A DNA stretch of 64,000 nucleotides from the NCBI GenBank assembly GCA_964016885.1, contig OZ024741.1, positions 363,444,001 through 363,508,000 of the forward strand. Reading direction: 5' to 3'. A program made the position numbers and the translations under genes. The notes below the pieces were generated by a model. That model saw only the letters and a list, made by a program, of their open reading frames with translations, was not told the DNA's origin and did no database searches. This DNA comes from Eledone cirrhosa (Eukaryota). Shown here piece after piece: positions 24,900 through 40,000 of this stretch; the stretch's first letter is position 1, and each line of letters begins with the position of its first letter.

Positions 24900-27800
24900 A
24901 TAACATAGATGTAGGTATAGCTGTGGTTAAGAAGACTATTTCACAATAACATAGATGTAGGTATAGCTTGGGTTAAGAAGGTTATTTCACAATAACATAG
25001 ATGTAGGTATAGCTGTGGTTAAGAAGGTGATTCCACAATAACATAGATGTAGGTATAGCTGTGGTTGAGAAGGTTATTTCACAATAACATAGATGTAGGT
25101 ATAGCTTGGGTTTAGAAGGTTGTTTTACAATAACCTAGATGTAGGCATAGCTTGGGTTAAGAAGGTTATTTGACAATAACACAGATGTAGGTATAGCTGT
25201 GGTTAAAAAGGTTATTTCACAATAACATAGATGTAGGTATAGCTGTGCTTAAGAAGGTTGTTTTACAATAACCTAGATGTAGGTATAGCTTGGGTTAAGA
25301 AGGTTATTTCACAATAACACAGATGTAGGTATAGCTGTGGTTCAGCAGACTATTTCACAATAACATAGATGTAGGTATAGCTGTGGTTAAGAAGACTATT
25401 TCACAATAACATAGATGTAGGTATAGCTGTGGTTAAGAAGGCTATTTCACAATAACATAGATGTAGGTATAGCTGTGGTTAAGAAGACTATTTCACAATA
25501 ACATAGATGTAGGTATAGCTTGGGTTAAGAAGGTTATTTCACAATAACATAGATGTAGGTATAGCTTGGGTTAAGAAAGTTATTTCACAATAACCTAGAT
25601 GTAGGTATAGCTGTGGTTAAGAAGGTTGTTTTACAATAACATAGATGTAGGTATAGCTGTGGTTAAGAAGACTATTTCACAATAACATAGATGTAGGTAT
25701 AGCTTGGGTTAAGAAGGTTGTTTCACAATAACATATATGTAGGTATAGCTGTGGTTAAGAAGGATATTTCACAATAACGTAGATGTAGGTATAGCTTGGG
25801 TTTAGAAGGTTGTTTTACAATAACCTAGATGTAGGTATAGCTTGGGTTAAGAAGGTTATTTCACAATAACATAGAGGTAGGTATAGCTGTGGTTAAGAAG
25901 GTTGTTTCACAATAACATAGATGTAGGTATAGTTGTGGTTAAGAAGACTATTTCACAATAACATAGATGTAGATATAGCTGTGGTTAAGAAGGTTATTTT
26001 ACAATAACATAGATGTAGGTATAGCTGTGGTTAAGAAGGTTGTTTTACAATAACATAGATGTAGGTATAGCTTGGGTTAAGAAGGTTGTTTTACAATAAC
26101 ATAGATGTAGGTATAGCTGGGGTTAAGAAGGTTATTTCACAATAACATAGATGTAGGTATAGCTTGGGTTAAGAAGGTTGTTTTACAATAACATAGATGT
26201 AGGTATAGCTGTGGTTAAAAAGCTTGTTATACAATAACATAGATGTAGGTATAGCTTGGGTTAAGGAGGTTATTTCACAATAACATAGATATAGGTATAG
26301 CTGTGGTTAAGAAGGTTATTCCACAATAACATAGATGTAGGTATAGCTTGGGTTAAGAAGGTTATTTCACAATAACATAGATGTAAGTATAGCTGTGGTT
26401 AAGAAGGTTATTTCACAATAACATAGATGGAGGTATAGCTGTGGTTAAGAAGGTTCCTTTACAATAACATAGATGTAGGTATAGCTGTGGTTAAGAAGGT
26501 TGTTTTACAATAACATAGATGTAGGTATAGCTGTGGTTAAGAAGGTTATTTCACAATAACCTAGATGTAGGTATAGCTGTGGTTAAGAAGGTTGTTTTAC
26601 AATAACATAGATGTAGGTATAGCTGTGGTTAAGAAGACTATTTCACGATAACATAGATGTAGGTATAGCTTGGGTTAAGAAGGTTGTTTCACAATAACAT
26701 AGATGTAGGTATAGCTGTGGTTAAGAAGGTTATTTCACAATAACATTGATGTAGGTATAGCTGTGGTTAAGAAGGTTATTTCACAATAACATAGATGTAG
26801 GTATAGCTGTGGTTAAGAAGGTTATTTCACAATAACATTGATGTAGGTATAGCTGTGGTTAAGAAGACTATTTCACAATAACATAGATGTAGGTATAGCT
26901 TGGGTTAAGAAGGTTGTTTGACAATAACCTAGATCTAGATATAGCTGTGGTTAAGAAGGTTATTTCACAATAACATAGATGCAGGTATAGCTTGGGTTAA
27001 GAATGTTATTTCACAATAACATTGACGTAGGTATAGCTGTGGTTAAGAAGGTTATTTCACAATAACATAGATGTAGGTATAGCTTGGGTTAAGAAGGTTA
27101 TTTCACAATAACATAGATGTAGGTATAGCTTTGGTTAAGAAGGTTATTTCACAATAACATAGATGTAGGTATAGCTTGGTTAAGAAGGTTATTTCACAAT
27201 AAAATAGATGTAGGAATAGCTTGGGTTAAGAAGGTTGTTTTACAATAACATAGATGTAGGTATAGCTGTGGTTAAGAAGACTATTTCACAATAACATAGA
27301 TGTAGGTATAGCTTGGGTTAAGAAGGTTATTTCACAATAACATAGATGTAGGTATAGCTTGGTTAAGAAGGTTGTTTTACAATAACATAGATGTAGGTAT
27401 AGCTGTGGTTAAGAAGGTTATTTCACTATAACATAGATGTAGGTATAGCTTGGGTTAAGAAGGTTATCTCACAATAACATAGATATAGGTATAGCTTGGG
27501 TTAAGAAGACTATTTCACAATAACATAGATGTAGGTATAGCTTGGGTTAAGAAGGTTATTTCACAATAACATAGATGTAGGTATAGCTGTGGTTAAGAAG
27601 GTGATTCCACAATAACATAGATGTAGGTATAGCTGTGGTTGAGAAGGTTATTTCACAATAACATAGATGTAGGTATAGCTTGGGTTTAGAAGGTTGTTTT
27701 ACAATAACCTAGATGTAGGCATAGCTTGGGTTAAGAAGGTTATTTGACAATAACACAGATGTAGGTATAGCTGTGGTTAAAAAGGTTATTTCACAATAAC

Positions 27801-30100
27801 ATAGATGTAGGTATAGCTGTGCTTAAGAAGGTTGTTTTACAATAACCTAGATGTAGGTATAGCTTGGGTTAAGAAGGTTATTTCACAATAACACAGATGT
27901 AGGTATAGCTGTGGTTCAGCAGACTATTTCACAATAACATAGATGTAGGTATAGCTGTGGTTAAGAAGACTATTTCACAATAACATAGATGTAGGTATAG
28001 CTGTGGTTAAGAAGGCTATTTCACAATAACATAGATGTAGGTATAGCTGTGGTTAAGAAGACTATTTCACAATAACATAGATGTAGGTATAGCTTGGGTT
28101 AAGAAGGTTATTTCACAATAACATAGATGTAGGTATAGCTTGGGTTAAGAAAGTTATTTCACAATAACCTAGATGTAGGTATAGCTGTGGTTAAGAAGGT
28201 TGTTTTACAATAACATAGATGTAGGTATAGCTGTGGTTAAGAAGACTATTTCACAATAACATAGATGTAGGTATAGCTTGGGTTAAGAAGGTTGTTTCAC
28301 AATAACATATATGTAGGTATAGCTGTGGTTAAGAAGGATATTTCACAATAACGTAGATGTAGGTATAGCTTGGGTTTAGAAGGTTGTTTTACAATAACCT
28401 AGATGTAGGTATAGCTTGGGTTAAGAAGGTTATTTCACAATAACATAGAGGTAGGTATAGCTGTGGTTAAGAAGGTTGTTTCACAATAACATAGATGTAG
28501 GTATAGTTGTGGTTAAGAAGACTATTTCACAATAACATAGATGTAGATATAGCTGTGGTTAAGAAGGTTATTTTACAATAACATAGATGTAGGTATAGCT
28601 GTGGTTAAGAAGGTTGTTTTACAATAACATAGATGTAGGTATAGCTTGGGTTAAGAAGGTTGTTTTACAATAACATAGATGTAGGTATAGCTGGGGTTAA
28701 GAAGGTTATTTCACAATAACATAGATGTAGGTATAGCTTGGGTTAAGAAGGTTGTTTTACAATAACATAGATGTAGGTATAGCTGTGGTTAAGAAGCTTG
28801 TTATACAATAACATAGATGTAGGTATAGCTTGGGTTAAGGAGGTTATTTCACAATAACATAGATATAGGTATAGCTGTGGTTAAGAAGGTTATTCCACAA
28901 TAACATAGATGTAGGTATAGCTTGGGTTAAGAAGGTTATTTCACAATAACATAGATGTAAGTATAGCTGTGGTTAAGAAGGTTATTTCACAATAACATAG
29001 ATGGAGGTATAGCTGTGGTTAAGAAGGTTCCTTTACAATAACATAGATGTAGGTATAGCTGTGGTTAAGAAGGTTGTTTTACAATAACATAGATGTAGGT
29101 ATAGCTGTGGTTAAGAAGGTTATTTCACAATAACCTAGATGTAGGTATAGCTGTGGTTAAGAAGGTTGTTTTACAATAACATAGATGTAGGTATAGCTGT
29201 GGTTAAGAAGACTATTTCACGATAACATAGATGTAGGTATAGCTTGGGTTAAGAAGGTTGTTTCACAATAACATAGATGTAGGTATAGCTGTGGTTAAGA
29301 AGGTTATTTCACAATAACATTGATGTAGGTATAGCTGTGGTTAAGAAGGTTATTTCACAATAACATAGATGTAGGTATAGCTGTGGTTAAGAAGGTTATT
29401 TCACAATAACATTGATGTAGGTATAGCTGTGGTTAAGAAGACTATTTCACAATAACATAGATGTAGGTATAGCTTGGGTTAAGAAGGTTGTTTGACAATA
29501 ACCTAGATCTAGATATAGCTGTGGTTAAGAAGGTTATTTCACAATAACATAGATGCAGGTATAGCTTGGGTTAAGAATGTTATTTCACAATAACATTGAC
29601 GTAGGTATAGCTGTGGTTAAGAAGGTTATTTCACAATAACATAGATGTAGGTATAGCTTGGGTTAAGAAGGTTATTTCACAATAACATAGATGTAGGTAT
29701 AGCTTTGGTTAAGAAGGTTATTTCACAATAACATAGATGTAGGTATAGCTTGGTTAAGAAGGTTATTTCACAATAAAATAGATGTAGGAATAGCTTGGGT
29801 TAAGAAGGTTGTTTTACAATAACATAGATGTAGGTATAGCTGTGGTTAAGAAGACTATTTCACAATAACATAGATGTAGGTATAGCTTGGGTTAAGAAGG
29901 TTATTTCACAATAACATAGATGTAGGTATAGCTTGGTTAAGAAGGTTGTTTTACAATAACATAGATGTAGGTATAGCTGTGGTTAAGAAGGTTATTTCAC
30001 TATAACATAGATGTAGGTATAGCTTGGGTTAAGAAGGTTATTTCACAATAACATAGATATAGGTATAGCTTGGGTTAAGAAGACTATTTCACAATAACAT
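24900..30100 (+). repeat. 56-monomer (2574-bp) tandem duplication
   Basis: TATTTGAC 25172/27746 and CTAGATCTAG 26929/29503 are both offset 2574 (56x46-2). Confidence 0.88.
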
Positions 30101-33100
30101 AGATGTAGGTATAGCTTGGGTTAAGAAGGTTGTTTCACTATAACATAGATGTAGGTATAGCTGTGGTTAAGAAGGTTGTTTTACAATAACATAGATGTAG
30201 GTATAGCTTGGGTTAAGAAGGTTGTTTCACAATAACATAGATGTAGGTATAGCTGTGGTTAAGAAGGTTGGTTTACAATAACATAGATATAGGTATAGCT
30301 GTGGTTGAGAAGGTTGTTTTACAATAACATAGATGTAGGTATAGCTGTGGTTAAGAAGACTATTTCACAATAACATAGATGTAGGTATAGCTTGGGTTAA
30401 GAAGGTTGTTTCACAATAACATAGATGTAGGTATAGCTTGGGTTAAGAAGGTTGTTTTACAATAACATAGATGTAGGTATAGCTGGGGTTAAGAAGGTTA
30501 TTTCACAATAACATAGATGTAGGTATAGCTTGGGTTAAGAAGGTTGTTTTACAATAACATAGATGTAGGTATAGCTGTGGTTAAGAAGCTTGTTATACAA
30601 TAACATAGATGTAGGTATAGCTTGGGTTAAGGAGGTTATTTCACAATAACATAGATATAGGTATAGCTGTGGTTAAGAAGGTTATTCCACAATAACATAG
30701 ATGTAGGTATAGCTTGGGTTAAGAAGGTTATTTCACAATAACATAGATGTAAGTATAGCTGTGGTTAAGAAGGTTATTTCACAATAACATAGATGGAGGT
30801 ATAGCTGTGGTTAAGAAGGTTCCTTTACAATAACATAGATGTAGGTATAGCTGTGGTTAAGAAGGTTGTTTTACAATAACATAGATGTAGGTATAGCTGT
30901 GGTTAAGAAGGTTATTTCACAATAACCTAGATGTAGGTATAGCTGTGGTTAAGAAGGTTGTTTTACAATAACATAGATGTAGGTATAGCTGTGGTTAAGA
31001 AGACTATTTCACGATAACATAGATGTAGGTATAGCTTGGGTTAAGAAGGTTGTTTCACAATAACATAGATGTAGGTATAGCTGTGGTTAAGAAGGTTATT
31101 TCACAATAACATTGATGTAGGTATAGCTGTGGTTAAGAAGGTTATTTCACAATAACATAGATGTAGGTATAGCTGTGGTTAAGAAGGTTATTTCACAATA
31201 ACATTGATGTAGGTATAGCTGTGGTTAAGAAGACTATTTCACAATAACATAGATGTAGGTATAGCTTGGGTTAAGAAGGTTGTTTGACAATAACCTAGAT
31301 CTAGATATAGCTGTGGTTAAGAAGGTTATTTCACAATAACATAGATGCAGGTATAGCTTGGGTTAAGAATGTTATTTCACAATAACATTGACGTAGGTAT
31401 AGCTGTGGTTAAGAAGGTTATTTCACAATAACATAGATGTAGGTATAGCTTGGGTTAAGAAGGTTATTTCACAATAACATAGATGTAGGTATAGCTTTGG
31501 TTAAGAAGGTTATTTCACAATAACATAGATGTAGGTATAGCTTGGTTAAGAAGGTTATTTCACAATAAAATAGATGTAGGAATAGCTTGGGTTAAGAAGG
31601 TTGTTTTACAATAACATAGATGTAGGTATAGCTGTGGTTAAGAAGACTATTTCACAATAACATAGATGTAGGTATAGCTTGGGTTAAGAAGGTTATTTCA
31701 CAATAACATAGATGTAGGTATAGCTTGGTTAAGAAGGTTGTTTTACAATAACATAGATGTAGGTATAGCTGTGGTTAAGAAGGTTATTTCACTATAACAT
31801 AGATGTAGGTATAGCTTGGGTTAAGAAGGTTATTTCACAATAACATAGATATAGGTATAGCTTGGGTTAAGAAGACTATTTCACAATAACATAGATGTAG
31901 GTATAGCTTGGGTTAAGAAGGTTGTTTCACTATAACATAGATGTAGGTATAGCTGTGGTTAAGAAGGTTGTTTTACAATAACATAGATGTAGGTATAGCT
32001 TGGGTTAAGAAGGTTGTTTCACAATAACATAGATGTAGGTATAGCTGTGGTTAAGAAGGTTGGTTTACAATAACATAGATATAGGTATAGCTGTGGTTGA
32101 GAAGGTTGTTTTACAATAACATAGATGTAGGTATAGCTGTGGTTAAGAAGACTATTTCACAATAACATAGATGTAGGTATAGCTTGGGTTAAGAAGGTTG
32201 TTTCACAATAACATAGATGTAGGTATAGCTGTGGTTAAGAAGGTTGTTTTACAATAACATAGATGTAGGTATAGCTTGGGTTAAGAAGGTTGTTTTACAA
32301 TAACATAGATGTAGGTATAGCTGGGGTTAAGAAGGTTATTTCACAATAACATAGATGTAGGTATAGCTTGGGTTAAGAAGGTTGTTTTACAATAACATAG
32401 ATGTAGGTATAGCTGTGGTTAAGAAGCTTGTTATACAATAACATAGATGTAGGTATAGCTGTGGTTAAGAAGGTTATTCCACAATAACATAGATGTAGGT
32501 ATAGCTTGTGTTAAGAAGGTTATTTCACAATAACATAGATGTAAGTATAGCTGTGGTTAAGAAGGTTATTTCACAATAACATAGATGGAGGTATAGCTGT
32601 GGTTAAGAAGGTTCCTTTACAATAACATAGATGTAGGTATAGCTGTGGTTAAGAAGGTTGTTTTACAATAACATAGATGTAGGTATAGCTTGGGTTAAGA
32701 AGGTTGTTTTACAATAACATAGATGTATGTATAGCTGTGGTTAAGAAGGTTATTTCACAATAACCTAGATGTAGGTATAGCTGTGGTTAAGAAGGTTGTT
32801 TTACAATAACATAGATGTAGGTATAGCTGTGGTTAAGAAGACTATTTCACGATAACATAGATGTAGGTATAGCTTGGGTTAAGAAGGTTGTTTCACAATA
32901 ACATAGATGTAGGTATAGCTGTGGTTAAGAAGGTTATTTCACAATAACATTGATGTAGGTATAGCTGTGGTTAAGAAGGTTATTTCACAATAACATAGAT
33001 GTAGGTATAGCTGTGGTTAAGAAGGTTATTTCACAATAACATTGATGTAGGTATAGCTGTGGTTAAGAAGACTATTTCACAATAACATAGATGTAGGTAT

Positions 33101-34090
33101 AGCTTGGGTTAAGAAGGTTGTTTGACAATAACCTAGATCTAGATATAGCTGTGGTTAAGAAGGTTATTTCACAATAACATAGATGCAGGCATAGCTTGGG
33201 TTAAGAATGTTATTTCACAATAACATTGACGTAGGTATAGCTGTGGTTAAGAAGGTTATTTCACAATAACATAGATGTAGGTATAGCTTGGGTTAAGAAG
33301 GTTATTTCACAATAACATAGATGTAGGTATAGCTTTGGTTAAGAAGGTTATTTCACAATAACATAGATGTAGGTATAGCTTGGTTAAGAAGGTTATTTCA
33401 CAATAAAATAGATGTAGGTATAGCTTGGGTTAAGAAGGTTGTTTTACAATAACAAAGATGTAGGTATAGCTGTGGTTAAGAAGACTATTTCACAATAACA
33501 TAGATGTAGGTATAGCTTGGGTTAAGAAGGTTATTTCACAATAACATAGATGTAGGTATAGCTTGGGTTAAGAAGGTTGTTTTACAATAACATAGATGTA
33601 GGAATAGCTGTGGTTAAGAAGGTTATTTCACTATAACATAGATGTAGGTATAGCTTGGGTTAAGAAGGTTATTTCACAATAACATAGATATAGGTATAGC
33701 TTGGGTTAAGAAGACTATTTCAGAATAACAGATGTAGGTATAGCTTGGGTTAAGAAGGTTGTTTCACTATAACATAGATGTAGGTATAGCTGTGGTTAAG
33801 AAGGTTGTTTTACAATAACATAGATGTAGGTATAGCTTGGGTTAAGAAGGTTGTTTCACAATAACATAGATGTAGGTATAGCTGTGGTTAAGAAGGTTGG
33901 TTTACAATAACATAGATATAGGTATAGCTGTGGTTGAGAAGGTTGTTTTACAATAACATAGATGTAGGTATAGCTGTGGTTAAGAAGACTATTTCACAAT
34001 AACATAGATGTAGGTATAGCTTGGGTTAAGAAGGTTGTTTCACAATAACATAGATGTAGGTATAGCTGTGGTTAAGAAGGTTGTTTTACA
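28640..34090 (+). repeat. Three tandem copies of a 39-40-monomer (~1.8-kb) block
   Basis: CTAGATCTAG at 29503, 31295 and 33133 (offsets 1792=39x46-2; 1838=40x46-2). AAGCTTGTTATAC, ATGGAGG, TTCCTTT and TTGGTTT markers recur in order. Confidence 0.87.
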
Positions 34091-37000
34091 ATAACATAGA
34101 TGTAGGTATAGCTGTGGTTAAGAAGACTATTTCACAATAACATAGATGTAGGTATAGTTTTGGTTAAGAAGGTTATTTCACTATAACATAGATGTAGGTA
34201 TAGCTGTGGTTAAGAAGGTTATTTCACAATAACATTGATGTAGGTATAGCTGTGGTTAAGAAGGTGATTCCACAATAACATAGATGTAGGTATAGCTGTG
34301 GTTGAGAAGGTTATTTCACAATAACATAGATGTAGGTATAGCTGTGGTTAAGAAGGTTGTTTTACAATAACATAGATGTAGGTATAGCTTGGGTTAAGAA
34401 GGTTATTTCACAATAACATAGATGTAGGTATAGCTGTGGTTGAGAAGGTTGTTTTACAATAACATAGATGTAGGTATAGCTGGGGTTAAGAAGGTTATTT
34501 CACAATAACATAGATGTAGGTATAGCTTGGGTTAAGAAGGTTGTTTTACAATAACATAGATGTAGGTATAGCTGTGGTTAAGTAGGTTGTTTTACAATAA
34601 CATAGATGTAGGTATAGCTTGGGTTAAGAAGGTTATTTCACAATAACATAGATGTAGGTATAGCTGTGGTTAAGAAGGTTATTCCACAATAACATAGATG
34701 TAGGTATAGCTTGGGTTAAGAAGGTTATTTCACAATAACATAGATGTAGGTATAGCTGTGGTTAAGAAGGTTGGTTTACAATAAGATAGATGTAGGTATA
34801 GCTTGGGTTAAGAAGGTTATTTCACAATAACATAGACGTAGGTATAGCTGTGGTTAAGAAGACTATTTCACAATAACATATATGTAGGTATAGCTGTGGT
34901 TAAGAAGACTATTTCACAATAACATAGATGTAGGTATAGCTGTGGTTAAGAAGGCTATTTCACAATAACAAAGATGTAGGTATAGCTGTGGTTAAGAAGA
35001 CTATTTCACAATAACATAGATGTAGGTATAGCTTGGGTTAAGAAGGTTATTTCACAATAACATAGATGTAGGTATAGCTCGGGTTAAGAAGGTTGTTTTA
35101 CAATAACATAGATGTAGCTATAGCTGTGGTTAAGAAGGTTGTTTCACAATAACATAGAGGTAGGTATAGCTGTGGTTAAGAAGGTTGTTTCACAATAACA
35201 TAGATGTGGGTATAGTTGTGGTTAAGAAGACTATTTCACAATAACATAGATGTAGATATAGCTGTGGTTAAGAAGGTTGTTTTACAATAACATAGATGTA
35301 GGTATAGCTTGGGTTAAGAAGGTTATTTCACAATAACATAGATGTAGGTATAGCTGTGGTTGAGAAGGTTGTTTTACAATAACATAGATGTAGGTATAGC
35401 TGGGGTTAAGAAGGTTATTTCACAATAACATAGATGTAGGTATAGCTTGGGTTAAGAAGGTTGTTTTACAATAACATAGATGTAGGTATAGCTGGGGTTA
35501 AGAAGGTTATTTCACAATATCATAGATGTAGGTATAGCTTGGGTTAAGAAGGTTGTTTTACAATAACATAGATGTGGGTATAGCTGTGGTTAAGAAGGTT
35601 GTTTTACAATAACATAGATGTAGGTATAGCTTGGGTTAAGAAGGTTATTTCACAATAACATAGATGTAGGTATAGCTGTGGTTAAGAAGGTTATTCCACA
35701 ATAACATAGATGTAGGTATAGCTGTGGTTAAGAAGGTTGTTTTACAATAAGATAGATGTAGGTATAGCTTGGGTTAAGAAGGTTATTTCACAATAACATA
35801 GACGTAGGTATAGCTTGGGTTAAGAAGGTTATTTCACAATAACATAGATGTAGGTATAGCTGTGGTTAAGAAGACTATTTCACAATAACATAGATGTAGG
35901 TATAGCTGTGGTTAAGAAGACTATTTCACAATAACATAGATGTAGGTATAGCTGTGGTTAAGAAGACTATTTCACAATAACATAGATGTAGGTATAGCTG
36001 TGGTTAAGAAGACTATTTCACAATAACATAGATGTAGGTATAGCTGTGGTTAAGACGGCTATTTCACAATAACAAAGATGTAGGTATAGCTGTGGTTAAG
36101 AAGACTATTTCACAATAACATAGACGTAGGTATAGCTGTGGTTAAGAAGGTTATTTCACAATAACAGAGATGTAGGTATAGCTGTGGTTAACAAGGTTAT
36201 TTCACAATAACATAGATGTAAGTATAGCTGTGGTTAAGAAGGTTATTTCACAATAACATAGATGTAGGTATAGCTTGGGTTTAGAAGGTTGTTTTACAAT
36301 AACCTAGATGTAGGCATAGCTTGGGTTAAGAAGGTTATTTCACAATAACACAGATGTAGGTATAGCTGTGGTTAAAAAGGTTATTTCACAATAACATAGA
36401 TGTAGGTATAGCTGTGCTTAAGAAGGTTGTTTTACGATAACCTAGATGTAGGTATAGCTTGGGTTAAGAAGGTTATTTCACAATAACACAGATGTAGGTA
36501 TAGCTGTGGTTCAGCAGACTATTTCACAATAACATAGATGTAGGTATAGCTGTGGTTAAGAAGACTATTTCACAATAACATAGATGTAGGTATAGCTGTG
36601 GTTAAGAAGGCTATTTCACAATAACATAGATGTAGGTATAGCTGTGGTTAAGAAGACTATTTCACAATAACATAGATGTAGGTATAGCTTGGGTTAAGAA
36701 GGTTATTTCACAATAACATAGATGTAGGTATAGCTTGGGTTAAGAAAGTTATTTCACAATAACCTAGATGTAGGTATAGCTGTGGTTAAGAAGGTTGTTT
36801 TACAATAACATAGATGTAGGTATAGCTGTGGTTAAGAAGACTATTTCACAATAACATAGATGTAGGTATAGCTTGGGTTAAGAAGGTTGTTTCACAATAA
36901 CATATATGTAGGTATAGCTGTGGTTAAGAAGGATATTTCACAATAACGTAGATGTAGGTATAGCTTGGGTTTAGAAGGTTGTTTTACAATAACATAGATG

Positions 37001-40000
37001 TAGGTATAGCTGGGGTTAAGAAGGTTATTTCACAATAACATAGATGTAGGTATAGCTTGGGTTAAGAAGGTTGTTTTACAATAACATAGATGTAGGTATA
37101 GCTGTGGTTAAGAAGCTTGTTATACAATAACATAGATGTAGGTATAGCTTGGGTTAAGGAGGTTATTTCACAATAACATAGATGTAGGTATAGCTGTGGT
37201 TAAGAAGGTTATTCCACAATAACATAGATGTAGGTATAGCTTGGGTTAAGAAGGTTATTTCACAATAACATAGATGTAAGTATAGCTGTGGTTAAGAAGG
37301 TTATTTCACAATAACATAGATGGAGGTATAGCTGTGGTTAAGAAGGTTCCTTTACAATAACATAGATGTAGGTATAGCTGTGGTTAAGAAGGTTGTTTTA
37401 CAATAACATAGATGTAGGTATAGCTTGGGTTAAGAAGGTTGTTTTACAATAACATAGATGTAGGTATAGCTGTGGTTAAGAAGGTTATTTCACAATAACA
37501 TAGATGTAGGTATAGCTGTGGTTAAGAAGGTTATTTCACAATAACATTGATGTAGGTATAGCTGTGGTTAAGAAGACTATTTCACAATAACATAGATGTA
37601 GGTATAGCTTGGGTTAAGAAGGTTGTTTGACAATAACCTAGATCTAGATATAGCTGTGGTTAAGAAGGTTATTTCACAATAACATAGATGCAGGTATAGC
37701 TTGGGTTAAGAATGTTATTTCACAATAACATTGACGTAGGTATAGCTGTGGTTAAGAAGGTTATTTCACAATAACATAGATGTAGGTATAGCTTGGGTTA
37801 AGAAGGTTATTTCACAATAACATAGATGTAGGTATAGCTTTGGTTAAGAAGGTTATTTCACAATAACATAGATGTAGGTATAGCTTGGTTAAGAAGGTTA
37901 TTTCACAATAAAATAGATGTAGGTATAGCTTGGGTTAAGAAGGTTGTTTTACAATAACATAGATGTAGGTATAGCTGTGGTTAAGAAGCCTATTTCACAA
38001 TAACATAGATGTAGGTATAGCTTGGGTTAAGAAGGTTATTTCACAATAACATAGATGTAGGTATAGCTTGGGTTAAGAAGGTTGTTTTACAATAACATAG
38101 ATGTAGGTATAGCTGTGGTTAAGAAGGTTATTTCACTATAACATAGATATAGGTATAGCTTGGGTTAAGAAGGTTATTTCACAATAACATAGATATAGGT
38201 ATAGCTTGGGTTAAGAAGACTATTTCACAATAACATAGATGTAGGTATAGCTTGGGTTAAGAAGGTTGTTTCACTATAACATAGATGTAGGTATAGCTGT
38301 GGTTAAGAAGGTTGTTTTACAATAACATAGATGTAGGTATAGCTTGGGTTAAGAAGGTTGTTTCACAATAACATAGATGTAGGTATAGCTGTGGTTAAGA
38401 AGGTTGGTTTACAATAACATAGATATAGGTATAGCTGTGGTTGAGAAGGTTGTTTTACAATAACATAGATGTAGGTATAGCTGTGGTTAAGAAGACTATT
38501 TCACAATAACATAGATGTAGGTATAGCTTGGGTTAAGAAGGTTGTTTCACAATAACATAGATGTAGGTATAGCTGTGGTTAAGAAGGTTGTTTTACCATA
38601 ACATAGATGTAGGTATAGCTTGGGTTAAGAAGGTTGTTTCACAATAACATAGATGTAGGTATAGCTGTGGTTAAGAAGGTTGTTTTACAATAACATAGAT
38701 GTAGGTATAGCTGTGGTTAAGAAGACTATTTCACAATAACATAGATGTAGGTATAGCTTTGGTTAAGAAGGTTATTTCACTATAACATAGATGTAGGTAT
38801 AGCTGTGGTTAAGAAGGTTATTTCACAATAACATTGATGTAGGTATAGCTGTGGTTAAGAAGGTGATTCCACAATAACATAGATGTAGGTATAGCTGTGG
38901 TTGAGAAGGTTATTTCACAATAACATAGATGTAGGTATAGCTGTGGTTAAGAAGGTTGTTTTACAATAACATAGATGTAGGTATAGCTTGGGTTAAGAAG
39001 GTTATTTCACAATAACATAGATGTAGGTATAGCTGTGGTTGAGAAGGTTGTTTTACAATAACATAGATGTAGGTATAGCTGGGGTTAAGAAGGTTATTTC
39101 ACAATAACATAGATGTAGGTATAGCTTGGGTTAAGAAGGTTGTTTTACAATAACATAGATGTAGGTATAGCTGTGGTTAAGTAGGTTGTTTTACAATAAC
39201 ATAGATGTAGGTATAGCTTGGGTTAAGAAGGTTATTTCACGATAACATAGATGTAGGTATAGCTGTGGTTAAGAAGGTTATTCCACAATAACATAGATGT
39301 AGGTATAGCTTGGGTTAAGAAGGTTATTTCACAATAACATAGATGTAGGTATAGCTGTGGTTAAGAAGGTTGGTTTACAATAAGATAGATGTAGGTATAG
39401 CTTGGGTTAAGAAGGTTATTTCACAATAACATAGACGTAGGTATAGCTGTGGTTAAGAAGACTATTTCACAATAACATATATGTAGGTATAGCTGTGGTT
39501 AAGAAGACTATTTCACAATAACATAGATGTAGGTATAGCTGTGGTTAAGAAGGCTATTTCACAATAACAAAGATGTAGGTATAGCTGTAGTTAAGAAGAC
39601 TATTTCACAATAACATAGATGTAGGTATAGCTGGGGTTAAGAAGGTTATTTCACAATAACATAGATGTAGGTATAGCTTGGGTTAAGAAGGTTGTTTTAC
39701 AATAACATAGATGTAGCTATAGCTGTGGTTAAGAAGGTTGTTTCACAATAACATAGAGGTAGGTATAGCTGTGGTTAAGAAGGTTGTTTCACAATAACAT
39801 AGATGTGGGTATAGTTGTGGTTAAGAAGACTATTTCACAATAACATAGATGTAGATATAGCTGTGTTTAAGAAGGTTGTTTTACAATAACATAGATGTAG
39901 GTATAGCTGTGGTTAAGAAGGTTGTTTAACAATAACATAGATGTAGGTATAGCTGTGGTTAAGAAGGTTGTTTTACAATAACATAGATGTAGGTATAGCT

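Larger units (their letters stand above)
9250..27735 (+). repeat. Near-tandem ~8.9-kb duplication (~9250-18123 vs ~18856-27735; period 209 monomers)
   Basis: Rare markers are collinear at offset 9606 (TATTTAAC 9310/18916; AAGACGGC 9991/19597). After a private 6-bp deletion at ~12681 the offset is 9612 (TATTTGAC 13720/23332; CTAGATCTAG 17317/26929). Confidence 0.92.
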
